A stretch of DNA of 64,000 nt from Tissierellia bacterium. Lineage in GTDB: Bacteria > Bacillota > Clostridia > Tissierellales > Peptoniphilaceae. Of this stretch, positions 20,560-29,286 are shown in pieces (positions within the stretch are counted from its first letter, which is position 1; each line of letters begins with the position of its first letter). The position numbers and the translations under genes are program-made. The notes beneath the pieces were generated by a model. That model did no database searches and had not been told where the DNA came from. It saw only the letters and a list, made by a program, of their open reading frames with translations. The stretch covers positions 2,006 to 66,005 of the forward strand of contig JAAYFJ010000022.1 of assembly GCA_012728295.1 (NCBI GenBank), written 5' to 3'.

Positions 20560-21906
20560 ATGAATGAAAGAATTCCCGAAGAACAAATTCTTCAACTCAT
20601 TCAAGATAGAAAACTCCTTCAAGTGAGGGAGCTATTAGCTGATTTGAATGAAGTAGATATTGCAGAGTTGTTGGAAGAAATTGATGACTCAACGACTGTG
20701 CTTTTATTTAGGCTGCTAAACAAAGATTTGGCAGCGGAAGTATTTGCGTATTTTTCCATAGAAAAACAAGTAGCATTAATAGAGTCTTTTACAGATGTAG
20801 AGTTAAAGCACATATGGAAAGAGCTATATTTTGACGATATTGTGGATATCATTGATGAAGTGCCGGCAAATGTGGCGAAAAAAATGCTGGGCCATTCAAA
20901 TAAAGAAGAACGCGCCATGATAAACGAATTCTTGCAATATCCTGAGCACAGCGCTGGTAGCATAATGACCATAGAATACGTGGCATTAAGGCCTGACTGG
21001 ACGGTTAAAGACGCCATTGACCACCTTCGAGCAGAAGGTATAGACAAAGAAACAATTTATACTTGCTATGTCACCCTAGGGAGATTATTAAAGGGAATTG
21101 TCAGTTTGAGAAAACTTGTAACTTCACCAAGAGATGTACTGGTAAGAGATTTGATGACCACAGATGTAATATCTGTAAACACCCATGATGACCAGGAAGA
21201 AGTTGCAGCTCTATTTACACGTTATGGATTTATAGCTATCCCTGCAGTAGATTCCGAAAGGAGACTAGTGGGAATTATTACCGTTGACGATATTATGGAT
21301 GTTATGGAAGATGAGGTCACAGAAGACTTTCAAAAGATGGCAGCTATTTCACCCAGTGAAGAACCGTATTTGGAGACAGGTGTAATTGCTCACTCTAGGA
21401 ACAGAATTGTATGGCTTCTGGTACTGATGATTTCAGCCACCTTTACAGGCTCCATAATTGACGGATACAATGATATGTTGGCACAAGTTCTGGTTCTAAG
21501 TGCGTTTATACCGATGATTATGGGCACGGGGGGAAATGCTGGAGCTCAGAGTTCCACTTTGGTAATTCGTGGTATATCCCTTGGAGAAATTGAATTTAAA
21601 GATTTGGGGAAAGTAGCTTTGAAAGAGTTTCAAGTCAGTGCACTAGTTGGAGTGGCATTGGCATTTGCTAATTTTTTAAGACTATATTATATTTCCAAAG
21701 TTGGAATGGGAGTTTCACTGGCAGTGTCTTTAACGCTAATACTGACAGTAGTCCTAGCGAAGATAATCGGTGGCGCCCTACCTCTTTTGGCACAGAAGAT
21801 AAAAATCGACCCAGCGGTTATGGCAAGCTCTGTAATTACCACTATTGTAGACGCAGCAAGTCTAATAATTTACTTTAACATTGCCAAGGCTATACTTAAG
21901 TTCTAG
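20560..21906 (+). CDS. mgtE: Magnesium transporter MgtE (paralog 2)
   Basis: Same architecture (IPAVDSERRLVGIITVDDIMD; MGTGGNAGAQSS). It lies 16 nt after paralog 1 and has RBS AAAGGAGGAG. Confidence 0.9.
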   Translation: MNERIPEEQILQLIQDRKLLQVRELLADLNEVDIAELLEEIDDSTTVLLFRLLNKDLAAEVFAYFSIEKQVALIESFTDVELKHIWKELYFDDIVDIIDEVPANVAKKMLGHSNKEERAMINEFLQYPEHSAGSIMTIEYVALRPDWTVKDAIDHLRAEGIDKETIYTCYVTLGRLLKGIVSLRKLVTSPRDVLVRDLMTTDVISVNTHDDQEEVAALFTRYGFIAIPAVDSERRLVGIITVDDIMDVMEDEVTEDFQKMAAISPSEEPYLETGVIAHSRNRIVWLLVLMISATFTGSIIDGYNDMLAQVLVLSAFIPMIMGTGGNAGAQSSTLVIRGISLGEIEFKDLGKVALKEFQVSALVGVALAFANFLRLYYISKVGMGVSLAVSLTLILTVVLAKIIGGALPLLAQKIKIDPAVMASSVITTIVDAASLIIYFNIAKAILKF

Positions 21907-21938
21907 GAAAATATTCTTAATAAAACTAATAAAAATAA

Positions 21939-22006
21939 TTGACATACATGGTCAATAGCGTTATAATATTGGACAATTTGACAAAATAGCCTTTTTATGG
22001 TACAAT
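21939..22006 (+). promoter_or_regulatory. Two tandem sigma-A promoters upstream of veg
   Basis: P1: TTGACA (21939-44), 17 nt, TATAAT (21962-67). P2: TTGACA (21978-83), 17 nt including TG at -15/-14, TACAAT (22001-06). Confidence 0.7.
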
Positions 22007-22052
22007 CAATACGTTGGATTGTGCTGAAGAAAAAAGGACGGTGAGGCCGAAC

Positions 22053-22313
22053 ATGGGCGTTTTAGACAATCTTAAGCGCTTTCTGGGAGAGAACTTAGGC
22101 AAAAGAGTTATCGTAAAAGCCGATAGAGGTAGAAAGCGAGTGGTAACAAAGAGGGGAACACTGGATGCAGTTTACCCAAGCCTATTTGTTGTTGAGATGG
22201 CCGGAAGTGGTGACAACAACCGCAAAATCACCTTTACGTATTCGGATTTGTTGACTTCCACAGTTGAGCTAACTATTTTGGATGACGAATTGGAAGCGCA
22301 ACCGGTTTATTAA
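22053..22313 (+). CDS. veg: Veg (biofilm-stimulating small protein)
   Basis: LGENLGKRVIVKADRGRKRVVTKRGTLDAVYPSLFVVEM...FTYSDLLTSTVELTI matches my memory of the B. subtilis Veg sequence. Start moved to ATG 22053. Confidence 0.85.
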   Translation: MGVLDNLKRFLGENLGKRVIVKADRGRKRVVTKRGTLDAVYPSLFVVEMAGSGDNNRKITFTYSDLLTSTVELTILDDELEAQPVY

Positions 22314-22339
22314 AGGTAATTAATATTTGAATAATATAG

Positions 22340-22368
22340 AGCCTTCGTCTAAAGACGGAGGCTTTATT
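22340..22368 (+). terminator. Rho-independent terminator after veg
   Basis: AGCCTTCGTCT-aa-AGACGGAGGCT followed by TTATT. Confidence 0.65.
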
Positions 22369-22434
22369 ATCTCTAAAAATCTTGTAATTGTTCCATGCTA
22401 TGGTATAATTTAAACGTGAAGAAAAGGAGGCCCT

Positions 22435-23310
22435 ATGGAATCCATTGTAGCCAATGCCTTTGCCAAGCTAAATCTAGGGCTAAAGGTTTGTCATAAACGC
22501 AAAGATGGCTATCATGCCATTAAAACTGTATTTCAGCAAATTGACATATATGACCGGATAATATTTGAGCCACGCTCAGAAGGGTTTCATTTGAATTGCC
22601 CTAATACCGGTGCTAAAGAAGATAATCTAATTTATCAAGCCTATAATATGTTGAAACGAGACTTTTCAGAAATGAAAGGTCTTTATGTGTTAGTAGAAAA
22701 GAATATACCCGTTGCCGCAGGCTTGGCAGGAGGCAGCGCTGATGCTGCAGCAACGCTCATAGCACTCAATGAACTATATAAATTGAACATTGATAGTGAA
22801 AAAATGTCTGAATATGCTTTACGCTTAGGTTCAGATGTACCCTTTATGTTGCAAGGTGGAAGTGCAGTTGGAACAGGACGAGGAGAAGAATTATCGAAGA
22901 TAGAAGTCCCTAGAATTTGTGGAGTACTGATTAATCCGGGATTTGGAGTAAGTTCGGCGGAAATGTATAGTAGCTTAGAATGGCCATTGGAGGATAACCC
23001 CATAGAGATGGCAATTGAAGCTCTCGAAGCTGGAGATTTTGATAGTTTCTCAAAGTACTGTGGCAACGATCTGGCAAAGCCATTAATAAATCAATACCCG
23101 GAACTTAACGACTATTTGGATCTACTATTAGACAATGGCGCTTTTGTTGCAATGCCATCGGGAAGTGGGCCAACCTTATGGGGGCTTTTCCATGAGGAGA
23201 GTGAAGCTGTTGCAGCTGAAAATAAGCTCAAATCGAAAGCTCCATTTGTTAAATTTTTCAAAACTTGCCCTAAGGAGCAGGGAATCCTACTTGAAAGGAA
23301 CAATATATGA
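22435..23310 (+). CDS. ispE: 4-diphosphocytidyl-2-C-methyl-D-erythritol kinase
   Basis: AKLNLGLKV N-terminus and GHMP-kinase motif GLAGGSADAAATL. Confidence 0.9.
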   Translation: MESIVANAFAKLNLGLKVCHKRKDGYHAIKTVFQQIDIYDRIIFEPRSEGFHLNCPNTGAKEDNLIYQAYNMLKRDFSEMKGLYVLVEKNIPVAAGLAGGSADAAATLIALNELYKLNIDSEKMSEYALRLGSDVPFMLQGGSAVGTGRGEELSKIEVPRICGVLINPGFGVSSAEMYSSLEWPLEDNPIEMAIEALEAGDFDSFSKYCGNDLAKPLINQYPELNDYLDLLLDNGAFVAMPSGSGPTLWGLFHEESEAVAAENKLKSKAPFVKFFKTCPKEQGILLERNNI

Positions 23311-24161
23311 TTAACAATAACCCCATCGGCATTTTCGACTCGGGAGTTGGCGGTTTAACCGTCGTCAGCGCTGTTAGAGAAGTGTTGAATCAGGAGAGCA
23401 TAATATACCTTGGAGATACTGCAAGAGTGCCCTACGGAGGGAAAGATAAGGCGACGATAATAAAGTACGCTTTTGACTCTGTGGCATTTTTGATGTCTAG
23501 AGGGGCTAAAGCTGTAATTATGGCATGTAATACATCTTCAGCTCTTGCTCTAAAAGAAATAAGAGAAGCGTTCCCCATACCGATTTTCGGAGTTGTGGAA
23601 CCCGGCTCAAAAGAAGCTGTAAGAGTTAATAATGGTGGCACCATTGGCGTTTTGGCAACACAGGCAACTGCAAAGAGCCACGCCTATTTAAATAATATAA
23701 AAAATCTTCAATCCTTAGCTGAAGTTGTGGAGATACCATGCCCAGGTTGGGTTGAGCTAATCGAAAGCGATAGTGCCAATACTAGCGAGGGCCTGGAGAT
23801 TTTAGCAAGGACGATGGAGCCGCTACAAACCGGCAAAATTGACACTGTGGTGCTAGGTTGCACACATTATCCAATAATTCGCAAAGAGATAGCAGGAATA
23901 TTAGACGCATCAGGCAGAAAGATTGAGCTGGTAGACCCTGCTAAACAAACGGCGATTTTGGCAAAAAAAGTATTAACTGAGGCAAGAGCATTAAACGATG
24001 GACTAAATGGCGGCAAACTGGAAATAACCGTTACAGCAGAGCAACCACAGTTCACTCACATTGCCAGCAGAATACTTGGAGAAGACGTTAGGGAAGTAGA
24101 ACTAGTGAAGGTGGATGATGTTGGGCGAGAACTTTGTATAGCCCACGGATTTGAAGCCTAA
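23307..24161 (+). CDS. murI: Glutamate racemase
   Basis: IGIFDSGVGGLTV, and the catalytic Cys blocks MACNTSS and LGCTHYP. Confidence 0.9.
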   Translation: MINNNPIGIFDSGVGGLTVVSAVREVLNQESIIYLGDTARVPYGGKDKATIIKYAFDSVAFLMSRGAKAVIMACNTSSALALKEIREAFPIPIFGVVEPGSKEAVRVNNGGTIGVLATQATAKSHAYLNNIKNLQSLAEVVEIPCPGWVELIESDSANTSEGLEILARTMEPLQTGKIDTVVLGCTHYPIIRKEIAGILDASGRKIELVDPAKQTAILAKKVLTEARALNDGLNGGKLEITVTAEQPQFTHIASRILGEDVREVELVKVDDVGRELCIAHGFEA

Positions 24162-24177
24162 TTTGAAAGGAGAAACC

Positions 24178-24864
24178 ATGAAAGAAGTTTTTACAGGAAA
24201 GACCAAAAACGTTTATAGTCTAGAAAACGGTAACTATCTTTTAGAATTTAAAGATGATGTAACTGGAGAAGATGGAGTTTTTGATCCGGGAGCAAATACT
24301 GTAGGTTTATCCATTGAAGGAGCGGGCTTAGCTGGACTTCGATTAACCACGTTTTTCTTTGAAAAACTAAATGAAATGGGAATACCAACTCATTTTGTTA
24401 AATCTGACTTCGATAAGAACACCATGGAAGTATTACCAGCACAGGTATTTGGAAAAGGTGTGGAAGTTATATTGAGATATAAAGCTGTAGGCAGTTTCTT
24501 TAGGAGATACGGTGCCTATTTAACAGAAGGTCAGCCACTAGATGCATATGTGGAAGTTACGTTGAAGGACGACGATCGACAAGACCCTCTAATTACGAAA
24601 GATGCACTAGTTGCAATAGGAATAATGACTGCAGAAGAGTATGAAGTCCTAGCTGATATGACTAGACAGATTGGCAAAGTAGTTGCAGATGAGCTATCTA
24701 AAAAAGGCCTAGAGCTATATGATATTAAGTTCGAATTTGGCAGAGTTGGAGAGGACAATCACGTTGCACTAATTGACGAAATATCAGGTGGCAATATGAG
24801 AGCCTATAGAGGAAATGAATATATTGAGCCACTTCGACTAGAAAAGATTATGTTAGAGGGATAA
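24178..24864 (+). CDS. purC: Phosphoribosylaminoimidazole-succinocarboxamide (SAICAR) synthase
   Basis: GKTKNVYSLENGNYLLEFKDDVTG N-terminus and a C-terminal IDEISGGNMR block. Start moved to ATG 24178 behind GAAAGGAGA. Confidence 0.9.
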   Translation: MKEVFTGKTKNVYSLENGNYLLEFKDDVTGEDGVFDPGANTVGLSIEGAGLAGLRLTTFFFEKLNEMGIPTHFVKSDFDKNTMEVLPAQVFGKGVEVILRYKAVGSFFRRYGAYLTEGQPLDAYVEVTLKDDDRQDPLITKDALVAIGIMTAEEYEVLADMTRQIGKVVADELSKKGLELYDIKFEFGRVGEDNHVALIDEISGGNMRAYRGNEYIEPLRLEKIMLEG

Positions 24865-24865
24865 T

Positions 24866-25603
24866 ATGAAGCGCTTAGCACTTTTGCTAATTCTAATGAT
24901 AATAATAACGGGATGCCAAAAGGAAAATGCTGCAAAAGAAAATACGACGTATGAAATTCCTACGGAATGGATTGCTCTAGTGGCAGATGAAGAACAAATC
25001 TCAATAGATGATTTGCAAAAATGGCTAGATGAGAATTTAGAGTCTCAGCCTGAAGAGATAAAGCACAAGTTATTAGCAGACTTTGGGAAAGCGGTAATCC
25101 TATCCTCAAAGAGCAATGAAGACGTATTATACGCATTAAAACCCTATGAGAGCAGCGGTTCACAAACCTTTATGGAATATATTAAATTAATCGAGATGGA
25201 ACAGGAAAAACCATTACTAGAGGACAATTTCGGACCAGAGACAATTGTAGAAAGACTTGACAGAGCCGTTTTAATGAGTCAGACTATAAGGAATGGAGAC
25301 GGCACATTTCTCTTGACCATGCAAAAGATGTTTGCAATGTATTTAGAGGGAGCCCTAGGTGGAATGGGAAATATTTATAATTATACAGATTTAGAGGGAA
25401 AGATATTGCCCGAAGCGATGGAGATATGGCGAGAACAATCGGAAACGAATGAAGAACCCCTAGTGATTGAAACTCTAAATATGCACTTAAAGGTTATGAA
25501 AGATGCTGAATCTTTAGTAAACAATGAAATCGTCCAGAGATACTTGACCAACCTTAGGGATTATATGCAGGGACAAAGCGAAAAACTTATTCCTAGTAAT
25601 TGA
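24866..25603 (+). CDS. Hypothetical lipoprotein
   Basis: Signal peptide plus lipobox (LILMIIITGCQ). The ATG lies 1 nt after the purC stop. Confidence 0.6.
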   Translation: MKRLALLLILMIIITGCQKENAAKENTTYEIPTEWIALVADEEQISIDDLQKWLDENLESQPEEIKHKLLADFGKAVILSSKSNEDVLYALKPYESSGSQTFMEYIKLIEMEQEKPLLEDNFGPETIVERLDRAVLMSQTIRNGDGTFLLTMQKMFAMYLEGALGGMGNIYNYTDLEGKILPEAMEIWREQSETNEEPLVIETLNMHLKVMKDAESLVNNEIVQRYLTNLRDYMQGQSEKLIPSN

Positions 25604-25616
25604 AAGGATTTTCTAT

Positions 25617-25703
25617 ATGGCAAAGAGAATATTGGTATTAATTTTGGCGTTGATAATGGTGCTAGGCATGGTGCTTGGCTCCCTATCATATATTATTGGC
25701 TAA
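25617..25703 (+). CDS. Possible 28-aa single-TM micropeptide (not in the ORF track)
   Basis: ATG 25617 is preceded by GAAAGGA at about 8 nt. It encodes MAKRILVLILALIMVLGMVLGSLSYIIG, a single hydrophobic helix, and sits between two co-directional genes. Confidence 0.3.
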   Translation: MAKRILVLILALIMVLGMVLGSLSYIIG

Positions 25704-25730
25704 AGATTAGCCGGAAATAGGAGGAAAAAA

Positions 25731-26762
25731 ATGAAGAGAAAGTTAGCATTAGTATTGGTCATGATTATGGTATTGACCGCAGTAATGCCAGTTTTTGCAG
25801 AGCAGGAAACAAAGCCTGTTGAACCGGCAGTAAAAGAAGAGGTTAAACCAGAAGAAGGCAAAGAAGAAGCAAAGCCTGAGGAAGTAAAAGAAGAGGTTAA
25901 GCCAGTAGAGGAGAAGGTTGAAGAAGTAGTTGAAATTGAGGAAGTTAAAGCATTAGTTTCAAAACAACCTGTTACACTTGATGGCAAAGATGTGGTTATT
26001 GGCGCTTATAATATTGCTGGAGAAAACTACGTAAAACTTCGCGATGTATCCGCACTTTTAAAAGAAACAGATGTTAAATTCTCCGTTATTTTTGAAGAGG
26101 AGAAAAATGAAGTATTACTAGTGGTAAAAGGCGCTTATGAAGCAAATGAAGAAGACTTAAAAGCTTTACCAGAAGGCGAAAAAACTGCTATTTCATCTTT
26201 GCAACCTGTAAAAAAAGCTAAGGTAGAAGATAAAGAAAAAACTGAAGCAGTAGAAATTAAAGGATTTAACATTGACGGATTCAACTACTACCGCCTACGT
26301 GATTTAGGAAAAGCATTAGAATTCGGAGTAGCATTTGACTTTAATAAAAACACAGTATTAATTAGTTCAAAAGAAAAAGAATTAAAAGATATTGAAAAAA
26401 TTAAAGAAGAAGGCAAAGAAGAAGTTAAAGACCCAACTAAACTATTTGAAGTTGATATGCTTACCGACTTAGCACTAAAAGCTGACAATGGTGAAGGACA
26501 ACCAGAAATAGTAGTATATGGTCATGATGAGTGCCCATATTGCATAGAAGTAAAAGAATATCTTAATGGAAAAAACATTAAATTTACTTACAAAAACACT
26601 CGTACAGAGGAAGGCGTTAGAGCTGAGTACGATAAATTTGGCAAAAAATATGTTCCAGTAGTAATTGTAGGACCATATTTAATGGAAGGCTTTAATGCTG
26701 AAGCTATAGATGTTTGCATCGAAGCTTGTAAATTAATCGCAGCAGAAAAACCTGCAAAATAG
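25731..26762 (+). CDS. Secreted protein: E/K/P-rich linker, two copper-amine-oxidase-N-like (stalk) domains, C-terminal glutaredoxin-like domain
   Basis: Sec signal peptide (VMPVFA-EQ). Repeats VTLDGKDVVIGAYNIAGENYVKLRDVSALL and IKGFNIDGFNYYRLRDLGKAL. The C-terminus IVVYGHDECPYCIEVKEYL...YVPVVIVG is a CPYC glutaredoxin/NrdH-type fold. Confidence 0.65.
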   Translation: MKRKLALVLVMIMVLTAVMPVFAEQETKPVEPAVKEEVKPEEGKEEAKPEEVKEEVKPVEEKVEEVVEIEEVKALVSKQPVTLDGKDVVIGAYNIAGENYVKLRDVSALLKETDVKFSVIFEEEKNEVLLVVKGAYEANEEDLKALPEGEKTAISSLQPVKKAKVEDKEKTEAVEIKGFNIDGFNYYRLRDLGKALEFGVAFDFNKNTVLISSKEKELKDIEKIKEEGKEEVKDPTKLFEVDMLTDLALKADNGEGQPEIVVYGHDECPYCIEVKEYLNGKNIKFTYKNTRTEEGVRAEYDKFGKKYVPVVIVGPYLMEGFNAEAIDVCIEACKLIAAEKPAK

Positions 26763-26771
26763 CAATAAATT

Positions 26772-26798
26772 AAACCCTTGGCTTTAAGCCAAGGGTTT
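26772..26798. terminator. Bidirectional hairpin terminator
   Basis: AAACCCTTGGC-ttta-GCCAAGGGTTT between convergent genes. Confidence 0.8.
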
Positions 26799-26828
26799 AT
26801 GTATATATAGATTATCTAATACGAAATT

Positions 26829-27281
26829 CTATAGGTTGTAATCTGAGAAAAGTTCTACAGTTGTTTTTTCTACAGCTGCTTCTACTTTGTCTTCTAATTC
26901 AGCAAGTAAATATTCGTTGCGATCGTCCATGAAACGTTTTTCTGCAACTCTGAATACTCTTTGTCTTTTTGCATCGTAGTAGGAAATGTAGCTAATGGAT
27001 CCTAGACGGAACTTTCCTGCCTCATCGCCTGCTGTAACTTCTACATAAGTCTCTAAGAATGAGTTAGTAGGTAGGTCTTCTGTAGTTGTTGGTTGGAAAC
27101 GGTTTTGTGGATCACGGTAGATACCACAGATATTGTTTTTAGAAAGGTTCATAAAAGAAAGTTCTGAGAAGTATAAGTCTATTTCTTTACCAATCTTCTT
27201 ACCAACTTGTCCCATTTTCCAAATAATAGTAATTTCTTCCTTTTTTGCTAATTTTAATTCGTTAACTTTTGTCATTTTCAT
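26829..27281 (-). CDS. Hypothetical cytoplasmic protein (150 aa)
   Basis: Clean ORF with normal composition, no TM segment or signal, and no domain I can name. GGGAGGAAG lies about 20 nt upstream of the ATG, with a perfect GATCAC-TCACG-GTGATC palindrome in between. Confidence 0.55.
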   Translation of the reverse strand: MKMTKVNELKLAKKEEITIIWKMGQVGKKIGKEIDLYFSELSFMNLSKNNICGIYRDPQNRFQPTTTEDLPTNSFLETYVEVTAGDEAGKFRLGSISYISYYDAKRQRVFRVAEKRFMDDRNEYLLAELEDKVEAAVEKTTVELFSDYNL

Positions 27282-27454
27282 TCGATCACCGTGAGTGATC
27301 TTCCTCCCTTCAAATGGTTTATATTTACAAATTTAATACAATCTTACTCTTGTTAAAATTATATTAAACTATGTATTAGGTACATAATAACATATTAGAA
27401 ATATAAAGCTATACTTTTTATGAAAATAAGTGATATTATTAACAATAAAATATT

Positions 27455-27490
27455 AACAAGGGACTATGGTCCTCCAACCTTGTTTTTTTT
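27455..27490 (+). terminator. Orphan plus-strand intrinsic terminator in a 487-bp AT-rich spacer
   Basis: AACAAGG-loop-CCTTGTT followed by TTTTTT. No annotated plus-strand gene lies upstream of it. Confidence 0.5.
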
Positions 27491-27703
27491 GTTTGTGAAT
27501 TAAGCTAGTTTTTCGGATGAAATGACGCTTATAGAAATATTAATCCGTTGCAGATTATATTTAGGAATTCTACTAAAAATGATAAAAAAATGTATTTTTC
27601 ATTATTTTATTAGGGAGAAAAAGTAAATATGTAAAAATATTTATATTTTAGTGTTGACTAAAATTTTCAGATTGCTTTTATATAATGACATAAAAAATGA
27701 TTT

Positions 27704-27740
27704 GAAAAAAACAAACCGGCAGAAAATATTTCTACCGGTT
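27704..27740 (-). terminator. Rho-independent terminator of the amino-acid ABC operon
   Basis: AACCGG-AGAAA...TTTCT-CCGGTT hairpin. The minus-strand T-run is the complement of AAAAAAA at 27704-27710. Confidence 0.7.
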
Positions 27741-27768
27741 ATCTTATCTTTGGATTATTAATTTTTTA

Positions 27769-28509
27769 TTATTGACTTTCAAATCCTCTTATAAAATTTT
27801 TAGTTCTTTGGTGAATAGGGTTATCAAATATTTGTTCTGGAGGTCCTTCTTCAAGAATAACGCCATTATCCATAAAGACCACCCTGTCAGCTACTTCTTT
27901 GGCAAATCCCATTTCATGGGTGACTATAAGCATTGTAAGGCCCATTCCGGCAAGGCTTTTCATAGTCTTTAATACCTCTCCAACCATTTCGGGATCCAAT
28001 GCAGAGGTAGGTTCATCGAAAAGCATTACTTCAGGGTCCATTGCCAATGCCCTGGCAATTGCCACACGCTGCTGCTGTCCCCCTGACAATTGCTTAGGAC
28101 GAGCGTTGATATAATCTCCCATCCCAACCAATTCCAAGTATTTCATTGACTTTTCGGAGGCTTCTTGTCTATTTCTCTTTAGAACTTGTCGCTGTCCTAA
28201 TATACAGTTATCGAGAACGGATAGGTTTTGGAATAGATTAAATTGTTGAAATACCATGCCCAGCCTAGCTCTATAGTCTGCAGGTACCTTATTTTTTGCT
28301 AATATATCCTCTCCGTGAAACATAATAGAGCCTCCGGTGGGTTCTTCAAGCAAGTTTATACAACGAAGCAAAGTAGATTTTCCTGATCCTGAAGATCCTA
28401 TTATACAAATAACTTCTCCATGCTCTACTTGGAAGTGGATATCTTTTAGAACTTTATTATCACCAAAGCTTTTTTCAAGGTGATTGATTTCAATAATTGG
28501 TGTACTCAT
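27769..28509 (-). CDS. Polar amino-acid ABC transporter ATP-binding protein (GlnQ-like)
   Basis: Walker [10 protein letters not shown], signature [15 protein letters not shown], Walker [12 protein letters not shown]. Confidence 0.9.
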   Translation of the reverse strand: MSTPIIEINHLEKSFGDNKVLKDIHFQVEHGEVICIIGSSGSGKSTLLRCINLLEEPTGGSIMFHGEDILAKNKVPADYRARLGMVFQQFNLFQNLSVLDNCILGQRQVLKRNRQEASEKSMKYLELVGMGDYINARPKQLSGGQQQRVAIARALAMDPEVMLFDEPTSALDPEMVGEVLKTMKSLAGMGLTMLIVTHEMGFAKEVADRVVFMDNGVILEEGPPEQIFDNPIHQRTKNFIRGFESQ

Positions 28510-28519
28510 TTATGCCTCC

Positions 28520-29236
28520 TTAAACCTGCATCTGGTTTGAGCCTGGCAAACGGAAGTGCTTAGGCCCGTCCATGGATTTTTCAACTCTATGAAGCACGAA
28601 GCTTATAATCATAGTCAAAAACAGATATATAAGACAAGTAATCATAAACGTTTCTGCGAATCGGAACGTGCTTCCCGCAATGGATTTCGTCGAGAAATAC
28701 AATTCTGTAACCCCAATTACGTTTAGAACTGATGTATCTTTAACGTTGATAACAAATTCATTTCCAGTAGCAGGCAGAATGTTTCTAAGAGCTTGAGGCA
28801 AAACGACATAAATCATAGTGGAGAAGTGGTTCATTCCCAATGCTTTAGCCGCTTCAAACTGTCCTTTGTCGATGCTTGAAATTCCACCACGAACGACTTC
28901 TGATAGATAGGCACCTGTATTAATGGTTACTATGAAAAAGGCTGCTGCCATAGGCGCCATATCTATATTAAACTTCTCTTTTAGTCCGTAGAACAGAAGC
29001 ATCGATTGTACCATCATAGGAGTTCCTCTGAAAAATGTAATGTACGCAACTAAAATACCGTCTGCGCATTTTTTTATTATTCTGGGAAGCCCTTTCTTAG
29101 GCATGGGTATGGTTCTAACGATTCCAACTGCCAGGCCTATTAGCAGCCCTATAATGGTACCAACTAAGGAAATCTCCAAAGTAGTAAGGGTACCTCTTAG
29201 AAACTGCATCTTATATTTGAGAAAAAAGTCTAACAT
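28520..29236 (-). CDS. Polar amino-acid ABC transporter permease (His/Glu/Gln/Arg/opine family)
   Basis: Polytopic protein with the conserved EAAKALGMN...LPQALRN loop. Confidence 0.9.
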   Translation of the reverse strand: MLDFFLKYKMQFLRGTLTTLEISLVGTIIGLLIGLAVGIVRTIPMPKKGLPRIIKKCADGILVAYITFFRGTPMMVQSMLLFYGLKEKFNIDMAPMAAAFFIVTINTGAYLSEVVRGGISSIDKGQFEAAKALGMNHFSTMIYVVLPQALRNILPATGNEFVINVKDTSVLNVIGVTELYFSTKSIAGSTFRFAETFMITCLIYLFLTMIISFVLHRVEKSMDGPKHFRLPGSNQMQV

Positions 29237-29286
29237 AAAAAACCTCCAAAGATATTAATTGTTAACGCAAATTTGTAGTAGATAGA

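Noticed and set aside
25700-25987. 95-aa minus-strand Ser/Thr-rich ORF
   Set aside because: It is the antisense shadow of the E/K/P-rich linker (GAA/AAG-rich codons) of the secreted Grx-fusion protein and has no independent signals.
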